Shown piece by piece: positions 9,482 through 19,216 of a DNA stretch of 64,000 bases (positions are counted from its first letter, which is position 1; every line of letters starts with the position of its first letter). Under the pieces are notes generated by a model. That model saw only the letters and a list, made by a program, of their open reading frames with translations. It was not told the origin of the DNA and searched no databases. The stretch covers positions 32,001 through 96,000 of IMG/VR virus record IMGVR_UViG_3300023174_000056; one strand, given 5' to 3'. Source of the DNA: a virus. Both the position numbers and the translations under genes were made by a program.

Positions 9482-10349
9482 CCATATCTCTTTCAGTTGG
9501 AAATATTTTTCTTTTTTCTTTAATAAAGACTTCTTTATGTCTTTTTAATTGTAAGGCTTGCTGACTCGAAGTATATTTACAATATTTTTCCCACGAACTG
9601 ATCTCATGGAACCAAGGTAACTCTACCACAGAGTTACTACCCGTGTCAAGAGGCTCAAATATTTCTTGTAGAGAAAATTCTCTAGCATCCTTTTCTTTTC
9701 TTTTTTCCCAATCTTCTATATTTTTTTTCTTAACTATATCTCTACAATTTTTATAATCTTTTGCATCGAATGTAAATGGGAGATGGAAACCGTCTTTAAT
9801 GGTTTTATTTTCATAAGAAAAAAAAGTTTGCTTTTCTGATCTTAAAAAGTTTTGTCTTTCTGATTTAATTGCCTCTGGTGGAACTATGCCGTAAGGAAAC
9901 GAGCAAAAAAATCTTGTTGGAGCAGTCCATTTACTAATAAAGCAAGAAACTCTAAAAGCAGAATCTGCACCGTGTAAAACACTCCATCCTAAAGAATCCC
10001 TTCTATCATAATCTTTTGGTAGGATTGGAACATAAAAAATTGGTATGTGTTTTCTTATGCTGGAATATTTATAAGTCTCGCTTGCTACTTCATTTGCTGG
10101 GTCTAGTACATAATCTCCAAGCCTGTGCCTTACCAGTGGAGTTATGCCTTTATGACCCACTATCCATATTGTTTCACAACCAGCAATTGCACATTGATAA
10201 ACAGATTGTTCTACCGCTAAATAATCAGGTGCCACTGGCATTAAGGAATCATGCCAAGGCATTCGAAAATCTAAAATTTTTCCACCAATAGGAACAATAC
10301 CAGCTAAGTGGTCAATTTGATTGTACTTGTAATTTTTGTATTTCGCCAT
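9429..10349 (-). CDS. divergent sugar-phosphate nucleotidyltransferase-like (GT-A/NTP_transferase fold)
   Basis: GIVPIGG..., SLMPV, AIAGCETIWIVG, SLGWSV pattern resembles RmlA/GalU N-terminus but G.G.R..PK motif is degenerate. Confidence 0.55.
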   Translation of the reverse strand: MAKYKNYKYNQIDHLAGIVPIGGKILDFRMPWHDSLMPVAPDYLAVEQSVYQCAIAGCETIWIVGHKGITPLVRHRLGDYVLDPANEVASETYKYSSIRKHIPIFYVPILPKDYDRRDSLGWSVLHGADSAFRVSCFISKWTAPTRFFCSFPYGIVPPEAIKSERQNFLRSEKQTFFSYENKTIKDGFHLPFTFDAKDYKNCRDIVKKKNIEDWEKRKEKDAREFSLQEIFEPLDTGSNSVVELPWFHEISSWEKYCKYTSSQQALQLKRHKEVFIKEKRKIFPTERDMDEQKQGRLEEQIRQSED

Positions 10350-11136
10350 ATAATTCCTCTTTTAAAGTTGGTGCAGGAACATTATACAGCAATTGTATAT
10401 TGTTTGGAAGATCTTTATAGATTAAAGTATAGGAAGGATATATAAATCGGCATATTGATTCAAGTTTTATTTTCTTGAAGTATCCATTTGTTTTATCCCA
10501 TCGTCCTTTTATTCCTGCTTTTTCCATGAAATGTGCGGTTTTCATTCTTGCAGCTATTTCTGAGCAGTCGAATCTTTCCATGTCCTCTTGCTTTATATAT
10601 GATAGAGCAACGCAGTCTTTTTTATTATCCGTATTCTTATAAAAGAAACGACTAGATAATTCAAACTTTATTTTTTTAACAAAGTTATCGCCATCAGTAT
10701 CTAATTCCCAATAATCATGGTAAAGGCCAGAGCGAACGCTTATTGTATCTGCAACAAGATTTATATGATTATGTGTTTCATACTCTGGTGGCATTCCTTC
10801 TAAATTTATTGCACCAGCATTTGTAACCCACAATTTATTGAATTTTATGTTAATAACAAAATTTTGTGTTGTTATTAATTTTAAATTATTGTTATCCTCT
10901 AGTCTTGCAGAATATGCATTTTGTGTTGGGAATAATCCAAGTAAAGAAATTCTAGAATATAAATTCTCGTATTCCTTTCTTTTTATCTGTGGGTCTACAA
11001 AATCATAATTTGGAGGAAAATTAATTGAACTAATCGTATAAAATAACGGTATATTTTTTGTATAAGCAAAACGAAGCGAGTCTAGATTTAGACCGAAGAT
11101 TATCTCATCGTATTCTAATTCTAAGACTCGCTGCAT
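10312..11136 (-). CDS. hypothetical protein with degenerate Rossmann-like N-terminus
   Basis: EYDEIIFGLNLDSLRFAY resembles YDxIIxGxGxxGxxAA without the glycines. Confidence 0.55.
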   Translation of the reverse strand: MQRVLELEYDEIIFGLNLDSLRFAYTKNIPLFYTISSINFPPNYDFVDPQIKRKEYENLYSRISLLGLFPTQNAYSARLEDNNNLKLITTQNFVINIKFNKLWVTNAGAINLEGMPPEYETHNHINLVADTISVRSGLYHDYWELDTDGDNFVKKIKFELSSRFFYKNTDNKKDCVALSYIKQEDMERFDCSEIAARMKTAHFMEKAGIKGRWDKTNGYFKKIKLESICRFIYPSYTLIYKDLPNNIQLLYNVPAPTLKEELYGEIQKLQVQSN

Positions 11137-11145
11137 TTTTAAATA

Positions 11146-11613
11146 CTATTTTCCTTCTAGGGCATTATTTACGGCTTTAGCTTTACTGTCAATGTCTCCA
11201 TCGCCAAAACCATCCCTTACTGGGGTATTTTTAACTGTCCATTCAGCAAGAGCTTTTGTAAAAACAAAGCGATTGTGATTTTCTTTGTAAATATCAGTAG
11301 ATGCCACAGTAGCTCTTACAGCAACTGTCCCTGGCTTTCTCTTCCAAAACATTAACATATAAACAAAGTTCATAAATAGACGCTTCCAATTTACTTGGTA
11401 TTTTCTACGATATACACGCCTTACTTCAATTACTTCTTCAAGTTCAAAAGCCTTTAAAAAAGAAGGTAGATTACGTTTTTTATTAAAACCGCTGCAATCT
11501 CCACACAACATAAAAAGATCATCAGTTTTAAGATTGATGGATTTATATAGTGCTTCTTCTTTCTCGCTTAATTTTTTAATTGCTTTATTGCATTTTTTAC
11601 AATTTAGTTCCAT
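11146..11613 (-). CDS. hypothetical protein with CxxC...CxxC
   Basis: 155 aa ORF, GAGG RBS. Confidence 0.65.
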   Translation of the reverse strand: MELNCKKCNKAIKKLSEKEEALYKSINLKTDDLFMLCGDCSGFNKKRNLPSFLKAFELEEVIEVRRVYRRKYQVNWKRLFMNFVYMLMFWKRKPGTVAVRATVASTDIYKENHNRFVFTKALAEWTVKNTPVRDGFGDGDIDSKAKAVNNALEGK

Positions 11614-12292
11614 TTTTTACCTCGTTATATGCTTTAATTGTTTCTGGAAACAAATCCTCAAGAATTTTTAGCATTGCTTCAGCAACTTTTTGGATTTCAA
11701 GTTGCGCTCCTTCGTGAGAGCGTAATTCAATAAACTTGAGAATGTTGTTAAGATTTGCACTTGCGTAATATTCAGTGTACATATTTTGTGGAAGAATTCC
11801 ACGGGCTTGTTCACGGCATACACCTTTTCGCATCATTTCTTCGTAGAGAAACACAGCAGCCAAATGGTGATCTCTGATAGCTCTTGAAGCTGTAACTTCT
11901 CCAAGTTCATAAACAATTGGATCAATTAAATCATCTTCATTGCTAGCCTGACGGTTTTTTTCATGTTGAGTTCTGAACTTCATTGGTTCATAAAATTCTA
12001 GATTCTCCGCTGTATAGCGACGAGAGATTTCATTGTATGACCAAGTACGATGCCGGTGATGCTGCGAACGGATAAAGAGCGGAACCTTTACCCGAAACGT
12101 AACAAAACAATGCTCTAACGTGCTTGTGTGCTTATGCTTAATAAGATAACGAATAAGTTTACGATCCTTGTCGTCTAGTTCAGATTTATGAACCCCAAAT
12201 GATACCCGAGCAGAATTAACAATAGTAAGGTCTGAACCGATAGAGTCAACAAGTTCAACTTTTCCAATCCCATCTCCATATATATCAATCAT
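11597..12292 (-). CDS. thyX: flavin-dependent thymidylate synthase
   Basis: NSARVSF, HTSTLEH, QHHRHRTWSYNEISRRY, REQARGILP, LR...AQ.EI. Confidence 0.97.
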   Translation of the reverse strand: MIDIYGDGIGKVELVDSIGSDLTIVNSARVSFGVHKSELDDKDRKLIRYLIKHKHTSTLEHCFVTFRVKVPLFIRSQHHRHRTWSYNEISRRYTAENLEFYEPMKFRTQHEKNRQASNEDDLIDPIVYELGEVTASRAIRDHHLAAVFLYEEMMRKGVCREQARGILPQNMYTEYYASANLNNILKFIELRSHEGAQLEIQKVAEAMLKILEDLFPETIKAYNEVKNGTKL

Positions 12293-12294
12293 TA

Positions 12295-12588
12295 TTATAC
12301 CTTTACAACCACGCCATAAACAACGTGTTCTGGGACTACTGATACTTTCAGTCCATCGAATTCAACTGTTTCAATATTATGAGAGGGTACTAAAAGATAT
12401 GAACCCTCATCTTTTGAATAATCTGAACCTTTTGCAGCGGAAACTAATTTAACAACAGCTAGCGGGCTGCTCTGCCGTTTATATTCTGGTGGCAGAACAA
12501 AACCGCTAAATGTTGTATTAGTATTATCCTCTGCTTTTTCTTCTGGCAATTCCACATGAAGGTACTTGTTGCGAGGATAAAAATACAT
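12295..12588 (-). CDS. GroES-like co-chaperonin
   Basis: 97 aa; YPRNKYLHVE (cf. PLxDRVLV), TTFSGFVLP mobile loop, VEFDG, VVYGVV. Confidence 0.65.
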   Translation of the reverse strand: MYFYPRNKYLHVELPEEKAEDNTNTTFSGFVLPPEYKRQSSPLAVVKLVSAAKGSDYSKDEGSYLLVPSHNIETVEFDGLKVSVVPEHVVYGVVVKV

Positions 12589-12851
12589 TATGCACCTTTA
12601 ACTTTCTTGTACATTTCTAGAAGAGCATCCATGTCTGTTTCATCTTTTACAAGGCGCATCGCCTTGGTTAGATTGCTCATCTCGTTCTTATCTAGCCAAC
12701 CATTTTCGACATAGTTCTTCTTTAGATCTCTACGTTGATCCTTGAATGGCTCCATAGCTTGTTCGACCGCACGCATTGATTTTACGAAATCTTTAACTCT
12801 CTCTTCTTTGCTCTTTGGCTTCTCGTCGCTAACACCCATCACTGATCCCAT
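12588..12851 (-). CDS. small dsDNA-binding protein, GapR/T4 DsbA-like
   Basis: VKDFVKSMRAVEQAMEPFKDQRRDLKKNYVENG helical pattern and size. Confidence 0.45.
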   Translation of the reverse strand: MGSVMGVSDEKPKSKEERVKDFVKSMRAVEQAMEPFKDQRRDLKKNYVENGWLDKNEMSNLTKAMRLVKDETDMDALLEMYKKVKGA

Positions 12852-12852
12852 T

Positions 12853-13092
12853 TTATTCTCCGTTTAATTTAGAAGCTAGCTTGTCTAGCTGTCTGTCTAA
12901 GATACCACGCTGTTCGTACTCTGTCAAGTCATCTAGGTCGAATTTAATTCCGGTGTCCTTACCTTCTACAAAGATCTTACGGTATAACGCCATCTCTTCA
13001 GAAGAATAATAGCCTTCTTTAGATAATTCTATTTTTTTGCTTAACCGCTTTGTTAATTCTTTTTCTAAAAATTCTTTATTCAACTTCTTCAC
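12853..13092 (-). CDS. hypothetical protein
   Basis: 79 aa ORF, GTG start with GGAG RBS. Confidence 0.6.
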   Translation of the reverse strand: MKKLNKEFLEKELTKRLSKKIELSKEGYYSSEEMALYRKIFVEGKDTGIKFDLDDLTEYEQRGILDRQLDKLASKLNGE

Positions 13093-13793
13093 TTTGTCTC
13101 CAAAATTAGATGCAATTGTCCTGGACTTTGAATACTATACCACTCTCCATCCCCGATGTCAACTATATCTTTGACGATATCATAGTCATTTCCATTTTTG
13201 TCCGTTCTATCGCCAAAGAACAAAATCTTTCCACCAATATTTTTACGAATCCATTTTGATGCTAGACTTTTATTATTTCCTTTGTTCTGGATGTCGATGC
13301 TGATTTGACCACCAATTCTTGCTTCTAATGTATCAAAATTAGAATTAATAAAGTTGGTAATAGTTCTACGTTCATTATTTTTCAAATCATAAAGATAATA
13401 TTGCTCCCTTTCTTCATTTGAAGAATTGCGGCCAGCAATTGAAAAATTCAACATTCCTTTGCGATATTCAAAATTGTTTGAACGTTTTGGTGAGTATGCA
13501 GAATGCATGAGAAATATATTTAAATATTCTAAAACTTTTTCTGGTAATTCTAGCTCGTTTGAATATACTAACTTACCCTTAATATAAAATTCATTCGCCA
13601 TAGAACAAAATATACCAGCACAACTATCAATAATTCTTTGTGATAGTTGTTCTTTTACTTTTTTCATGTCACTACCAGTTACAAGATACACGCTTTTATC
13701 TTGCATCCAATTAAAGAAAAAGTCTTCAAATTTTGGATCTATCGGCTGTCTTGGTAATGTTAAAGTGCCATCAATATCAAATAAATAATTCAT
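13089..13793 (-). CDS. HAD-IIB phosphomannomutase-like enzyme (eukaryotic PMM type)
   Basis: FDIDGTLT.PR, VTGSD, RKGMLNFSI.GRN, IGGQISIDI, FFGDR...GNDY. Confidence 0.9.
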   Translation of the reverse strand: MNYLFDIDGTLTLPRQPIDPKFEDFFFNWMQDKSVYLVTGSDMKKVKEQLSQRIIDSCAGIFCSMANEFYIKGKLVYSNELELPEKVLEYLNIFLMHSAYSPKRSNNFEYRKGMLNFSIAGRNSSNEEREQYYLYDLKNNERRTITNFINSNFDTLEARIGGQISIDIQNKGNNKSLASKWIRKNIGGKILFFGDRTDKNGNDYDIVKDIVDIGDGEWYSIQSPGQLHLILETK

Positions 13794-13842
13794 AAAAGAA
13801 CCCCTCTGTGACTTTTATATCACAGAGGGGTTTGAGTGTAAA
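13794..13842 (-). promoter_or_regulatory. sigma70 promoter embedded in SD-sequestering hairpin
   Basis: TTTACA-17-TATAAA; 13-bp stem AACCCCTCTGTGA/TCACAGAGGGGTT with -10 in loop and GAGGGG SD in 3' arm. Confidence 0.75.
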
Positions 13843-13850
13843 GAGCCTAA

Positions 13851-16241
13851 TTAATAACACTTACTCCAGCCACAGCCTTCTTTACAGGTAGCGCAGCCAT
13901 CTTGATAAACTAGTTTGCCACTACAATCTGGACAGGTAGATGCTGAACCAGTTACTTCCTCGCCTTGCTTGATGTATTCTTTCAATACACGGGCAACTGC
14001 TTTACTAAAAGTTGTCATGCTTTCAGTTTCGCTCTTGAGAATTTGCTCAACGATAAACTTAACATCAGCACCGTGGCGTAGTGATAGTGAAATCAAACGA
14101 GTCAAGTCGGCGTATTGAGTATTTTGGAATGCATCCTTGATATCATCAATTAGTCCGTCTTCACCAAAGGTTAGTTGGTAATGACCTGTTTTCTTTTTAA
14201 TTACCTTGCCTGATTTGATGCTTGAAGGAATGGTAATTTTATTTGCTTGTCCACCAAAGACTTCATATGGCTTCCCGTCAAATAAGCCAACCAACACGAC
14301 CCACTTTTCACCTTTAACTGTCAAGTGATGAATGTTGCAGTCTAGAGCTTGCTTGCGTTTTGGAGCCTTGTGTTGTTGGAATTCTTCTTCCTTCTTTGGT
14401 TCCGCCGTGATTAATACACCGTCACGTGAACCATCAACATAAACAGTAATACCCTTTAAGCCTAGCTTCCAGCCATTTAGGTATAGTTCACCAACAACTT
14501 CTGGTGTTGTGCCTCTTGGAAGATTAATTGTTGATGAAATTGAGTGGTCAATATAGTTCTGAATCGTCGCTTGGATCTTAACACGATTCTGCCAGTTAAT
14601 ATTATCGCTCTCAACGAAGAAATCTGGAACCGTATCGGTTTTCATCATTTCAAGATATTCTAGTACGTTATGATGATAAACCTTGAAGTTAATCCAGCGA
14701 TCACCAAGTTGATCAACGAAATCAGCCTTTGTATTCATCTCTGATTGATCTAGTTTACGACGACGAATATAGAAGTTCTTGAATACTGGTTCAATACCAG
14801 ATGATGTTTGTGATTCAATAGAAACTGATCCTGTTGGAGCATTGGTCAATAAGGCAATGTTGCGGCGACCGTGTTTTGCCATTTCCTTCTTGATTTGCTC
14901 TGGGAGGCGTTTGATGAATTCATTTTCTTTCTCTAGACCCCAGTTGAAGATTGGGAATGCGCCACGCTCTTTAGCCATATTAACGCTCATGGCATAAGCT
15001 GAATCACGTAATACCTTATAGATTTGGTCAATTAGTTCAATACCTTCTTCTGAATCATAGCGAATGCCGCAACGAGCAATAGCATCAGCTAGACCGTGTG
15101 TGCCTAAACCAGTTCTACGCCCATCTTCACAAGCCTTTAATAGTTTAGTCCAAAGCTCTTTTTCATTTTGTGTATCACATAGATTAATAATTGCAGTGAG
15201 CTTTTCAATCTCAAGGTCAATCAAATCATCTGATAGACGCATAGCTTTACGAGCTACTTGCTCAAAATGAGTTAAATCAAAATAAGCCTCTTTAGTAAAA
15301 GCGTTCTTTACAAAGTGCTTTAGGTTAATTGAGATTAAGCGGCAGCTATCGTAAGCAGATAGTGGGATCTCTCCGCATGGGTTTGTTGTTAGGGTCTTAA
15401 ATTGTGGATAGCTATGAGCTGGTAGATTCTTTACAATATTGTCCCACATCAACAAACCAGGTTCAGCAGTCTTTGTAGCTGATTCTACTACTAGTTTCCA
15501 GATTTCCTTGGCTTTTACAACCTTAGTGAATTTTGGATTTGGTGAACCAACTGGGAAGTGAAGGGTAAAATCTTCATCAGCTTCTACAGCCTTCATGAAA
15601 TCATCAGTAATACGAATTGATACGTTCGCACCTGTTACCTTGGTGAGATCGTGCTTCATTACTGCAAATTTCTCAACGTCTGGATGGCGAACGTCAATTG
15701 AAATCATAAGAGCGCCACGGCGGCCATTTTGACCAATCATACGGCAAACATATGAATAAAAGTCAGCAAATGACCAAGCACCAGTTGTAGTACCAGCACT
15801 ATTATTTACTGGCATATTCTCTGGACGTAGATCGGTAATATCAATACCAACACCGCAACGACGCTTAAATAGGTTTGCTAGATCCTTACCCGCATCAATA
15901 ATTGACGTAACTGTATCTTCTGGATTAGCAACTACAACACAGTTGCTTAATGAAGATAGCGCAAAGTTGTTACCAATACCATACATTGGTGAACCTTGTG
16001 GTACAACCCATTTAAATTCCTTGAATAGTTCAAGAATCTCTTGCTCTGACATGGCATTAGGATATTTAGCTTCTACTCTAGCAAATTCCTTAGCAAGACG
16101 GCTATGCATATCGTCTGGTGTCAGTTCGTAATAATTCTCTTGCTTATCTTTTAGGGCGTATTTAAAGAATACGTTTGCAGCCAGACCATCGCCCTTAAAG
16201 TATTTATTTGTAGCTTCTTGTACTTGTTGTTTAGTATACAT
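13851..16241 (-). CDS. nrdJ: class II (adenosylcobalamin-dependent) ribonucleotide reductase
   Basis: SLSNCVV, GRRGALM, TNPCGEIPL...SCRL, GLGTHG, APTGSVS, GLKGITVYVDGSR, C-terminal Cys-rich tail; no small subunit nearby. Confidence 0.93.
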   Translation of the reverse strand: MYTKQQVQEATNKYFKGDGLAANVFFKYALKDKQENYYELTPDDMHSRLAKEFARVEAKYPNAMSEQEILELFKEFKWVVPQGSPMYGIGNNFALSSLSNCVVVANPEDTVTSIIDAGKDLANLFKRRCGVGIDITDLRPENMPVNNSAGTTTGAWSFADFYSYVCRMIGQNGRRGALMISIDVRHPDVEKFAVMKHDLTKVTGANVSIRITDDFMKAVEADEDFTLHFPVGSPNPKFTKVVKAKEIWKLVVESATKTAEPGLLMWDNIVKNLPAHSYPQFKTLTTNPCGEIPLSAYDSCRLISINLKHFVKNAFTKEAYFDLTHFEQVARKAMRLSDDLIDLEIEKLTAIINLCDTQNEKELWTKLLKACEDGRRTGLGTHGLADAIARCGIRYDSEEGIELIDQIYKVLRDSAYAMSVNMAKERGAFPIFNWGLEKENEFIKRLPEQIKKEMAKHGRRNIALLTNAPTGSVSIESQTSSGIEPVFKNFYIRRRKLDQSEMNTKADFVDQLGDRWINFKVYHHNVLEYLEMMKTDTVPDFFVESDNINWQNRVKIQATIQNYIDHSISSTINLPRGTTPEVVGELYLNGWKLGLKGITVYVDGSRDGVLITAEPKKEEEFQQHKAPKRKQALDCNIHHLTVKGEKWVVLVGLFDGKPYEVFGGQANKITIPSSIKSGKVIKKKTGHYQLTFGEDGLIDDIKDAFQNTQYADLTRLISLSLRHGADVKFIVEQILKSETESMTTFSKAVARVLKEYIKQGEEVTGSASTCPDCSGKLVYQDGCATCKEGCGWSKCY

Positions 16242-16243
16242 TA

Positions 16244-16498
16244 TTAACCCTCTAGGAATTCCTTAACTCTTACTACGTTTTGTGCTCCAACTAGACGCTT
16301 AACTTCTTCATTGTCTTCGATAAGCATAAAAGTTGGAACACCTCTAATATCAAAATCTTTTGCCATATCAGACTGTTCATCAATATCTACAACTTCAAAC
16401 TGTACGTCACTTCTTGCCTCTTTTAACTGTTGGAATACGGGTTTCGCTTGTTTACATGGCCCACACCAACTTGCGGAAAACATTACAATTTTTTTCAT
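16244..16498 (-). CDS. thioredoxin
   Basis: FSASWCGPCK, IRGVPT. Confidence 0.95.
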   Translation of the reverse strand: MKKIVMFSASWCGPCKQAKPVFQQLKEARSDVQFEVVDIDEQSDMAKDFDIRGVPTFMLIEDNEEVKRLVGAQNVVRVKEFLEG

Positions 16499-17877
16499 GA
16501 TGCCCTTTGCTCCTTTTTATAATTTTTATACTTTTGTTTTAAGTTTTCTTCTTGTTTCTTTGTTGCTTTTTCCATAATTTCCGTTGCGGTTTCCGTGCTT
16601 TGTTGTAATACTTTAATTTTAACGTTCGCAGTATCCATGAAAATTGGGAACACCAATCCATCAGGACCATTTCTGTTCTTGGCAACAAAAATACGCCCTT
16701 CGTTTGTGTTCTTATCCTTTATTGTTCTGGAAATTGTGAAAATGAAGTCTGCGACGAAGCATTTATTGAAGGCTTCTGAAATGCTTTCCATCGTAATAAC
16801 CTCTGCGTTGAGTCCGCTTCGGTTAGTCTGAGATGCAGTCCAAACAGGACACCCATAGATCTGTGCAATAGCCCGCATTTCTTCATAGATGCTCTCCAAT
16901 TCATTACGCTTCTCTCTCTGAGCTGTGATAGGTCTAATTAGATCTCCGTAATCTACAATGACCATATCAATTTTAAAATCTTTACGTTTTAATTTTTCAA
17001 GATGGTTTTTAATTGTATTTGTCGTGGCCGACTTAGTTGGGTATTCTTTAACAATAAGTTTACCTTTGATATCCTTAATGTTTTCCCAAACCATCTCTTT
17101 TTGGTCTTTTACATCTGATAAAGCAATACCAGAAATACAAGAGTCATAACGTAGTGCCACAACTTTGTCTTGTAATTCCAATGAGTAGTGTACCACATTC
17201 TTGCCAGCTTTTAATGCAGCTGCTCCAAGATGCACAAGCGCCATACTTTTACCTGCGCCAGTTGGTGCAATAACTACTCCAAGTTCACCTTTACCTAATC
17301 CACCTTTTGTGATGCTATCAATCAGTTCCCAATCTGTTGAAAGAGGATTACGTGCCATAACTTCAAAGCGCTTCTCAAAATCAACAATAAAATCATAACC
17401 ATGATTATTATCAGTTCCAAGCTTTAACGCATCATTGATAATCTTGCTAATTTCATCATATGATGATTGTTGAATCAACCCAACTGATTTAATCATTGCT
17501 TCTTTTAATTTTTGTTTTCTACAAAAATCGAGAGAAACATCCTTAATATGTTGCTCGCCGTCCAATGAAAATTCATTAGCCTGAACTCTTGCAAAGAATT
17601 CTCTTGTTTGCTTCTGTAACAGCTCTGGTTCTTTTTCAATCTCTGTACGTAAAATAGTTGTAATCGTATCTCTTGAAGGATGCGTGCCATATTTCTTACG
17701 ATATTCAAAAACTTTTTCTACGAAAAGACGTAAATATTTTAATTCAAAAAAAATAGGATCCAGTACTTCACTAATTTGATCACAAAATACACGGTCATCT
17801 AACATAATTTGTACTAAATTTTCTTGGAACTTTGTTCCATATTTTTCAAAAGTCGCTTTTTCATTTACAAATGACAT
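16495..17877 (-). CDS. replicative helicase, DnaB/T4 gp41-like
   Basis: APTGAGKS Walker A, YSLE, IVDYGDL, TASQTNR, KNRNG. Confidence 0.95.
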   Translation of the reverse strand: MSFVNEKATFEKYGTKFQENLVQIMLDDRVFCDQISEVLDPIFFELKYLRLFVEKVFEYRKKYGTHPSRDTITTILRTEIEKEPELLQKQTREFFARVQANEFSLDGEQHIKDVSLDFCRKQKLKEAMIKSVGLIQQSSYDEISKIINDALKLGTDNNHGYDFIVDFEKRFEVMARNPLSTDWELIDSITKGGLGKGELGVVIAPTGAGKSMALVHLGAAALKAGKNVVHYSLELQDKVVALRYDSCISGIALSDVKDQKEMVWENIKDIKGKLIVKEYPTKSATTNTIKNHLEKLKRKDFKIDMVIVDYGDLIRPITAQREKRNELESIYEEMRAIAQIYGCPVWTASQTNRSGLNAEVITMESISEAFNKCFVADFIFTISRTIKDKNTNEGRIFVAKNRNGPDGLVFPIFMDTANVKIKVLQQSTETATEIMEKATKKQEENLKQKYKNYKKEQRAS

Positions 17878-17898
17878 CTTAACCCCGTTGGAAGTCTA

Positions 17899-17928
17899 AC
17901 TATACAACAGAACATTAACAGTTTTCAA
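17899..17928 (-). promoter_or_regulatory. sigma70-type promoter of helicase
   Basis: TTGAAA-18-TATAGT; weak TCTGTTG/CAACGGG pairing with the SD. Confidence 0.55.
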
Positions 17929-18880
17929 GCTGAATCTTTTTGAGCTGCATAAACAGGTCTGAAAAATCCATTTCGCCAAATCCATCTTGAATGGACATAC
18001 GAATAATTTCCAATTTATTAAATGTACATTCACTATTTTCTAGTGCATAGTTTATGCTTAGGCTATCTTGTACAGATATATTTGGCACACCTAATTGCAT
18101 TATTTTATAATTATCTCTAACACGGTTTTGTTGTTCTAGTACCATCTTATATGCTTTTACTTCCGCTTCTGTTGTTTTACAAACTTCTAAAATATCATCA
18201 ATCGTGTAACTTTTTTCTTCTTTTAGCATCGGAAAACGTTTTGCTACAGTTGGCAATCCAATACCATCAACGCCATCAATATTATCTGACTTATCGCCCG
18301 ATAATGCACGGGCTAAACAAAAATTGTTAGGATGAATACCGTATTCTTCAACAATCTTTTTTTTATTTAAGACTTCGTGTTGCACTGGTCTATAAAGTAC
18401 AGTTGATTCGTTACACAATTGTATAAAATCTTTATCACTTGATACTATAACTTTGTTATATTCTTTCAGTGTATGATGATTAGCAACGGCAGAAATAAGA
18501 TCATCGGCTTCTACTCCATCAAGTAAAAGTTGTATAACTGGCATTTCATTAATATACTCTGCAAGTCTTGTCATTTGCCAGATTTTATTATCAATTTCTT
18601 CGTTGTCTGATAGGTTCTGTATGTTCCTATTTAATCTAATAGGTTTTCTGCCTTCTTTGTAATTTTTATTCATTGCCTTACGTTTGGCAGATCCGCCTTT
18701 GCCATCCCAACAAATAACAACACGGTTGGGGTTTACTTCACGACAAAGTTTTTGTAGAATTTTAAGAAACCCTTTTAATCCACCAATTGGCTGACCATTC
18801 GTTGAAACACTTGGATCAACTATATAAGCACGAAAATAGTTATTATTTCCATCAATAATTAAAACTTTTTTCTTATCCAT
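17915..18880 (-). CDS. 5'-3' exonuclease/flap endonuclease (PolI N-terminal, T4 RNase H-like)
   Basis: LIIDGNN..FRAY, CWDG, YKEGR, EADDLI, SSDKDF.QL, GDKSDNIDGV.GIG. Confidence 0.95.
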   Translation of the reverse strand: MDKKKVLIIDGNNNYFRAYIVDPSVSTNGQPIGGLKGFLKILQKLCREVNPNRVVICWDGKGGSAKRKAMNKNYKEGRKPIRLNRNIQNLSDNEEIDNKIWQMTRLAEYINEMPVIQLLLDGVEADDLISAVANHHTLKEYNKVIVSSDKDFIQLCNESTVLYRPVQHEVLNKKKIVEEYGIHPNNFCLARALSGDKSDNIDGVDGIGLPTVAKRFPMLKEEKSYTIDDILEVCKTTEAEVKAYKMVLEQQNRVRDNYKIMQLGVPNISVQDSLSINYALENSECTFNKLEIIRMSIQDGFGEMDFSDLFMQLKKIQLENC

Positions 18881-19209
18881 TATTTACCCCTTGGATATTG
18901 CTTATAAATCTCTTCAACTGTTAAATCAAGAATTTCATTAGCATAATCTTCGGCATCGAGCCAATGTTCTTGACAGCGAATGTACCAAGCAATTGCTTCT
19001 TGGATTTCATTACGTTCTTTCTGCATTTCGTCAGCAAAATCAGCCTCGCAGCCAATTATTGTAACGGCCATTTTAGCCCTATCTAATAGGGTTGTTTCTA
19101 TTTCCTTGCCGTCAATAGTTACAAGCCCAGCTGGGTATAGTGCTTCGTAGGCTTCTTTTATTTGAGCTTTTAAATTTTTATTTTCTTCCAATAATTCTTC
19201 GTAAGTCAT
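18880..19209 (-). CDS. hypothetical protein
   Basis: Start moved to MTYEELL (GAGG RBS). Confidence 0.65.
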   Translation of the reverse strand: MTYEELLEENKNLKAQIKEAYEALYPAGLVTIDGKEIETTLLDRAKMAVTIIGCEADFADEMQKERNEIQEAIAWYIRCQEHWLDAEDYANEILDLTVEEIYKQYPRGK

Positions 19210-19216
19210 ATTATCC

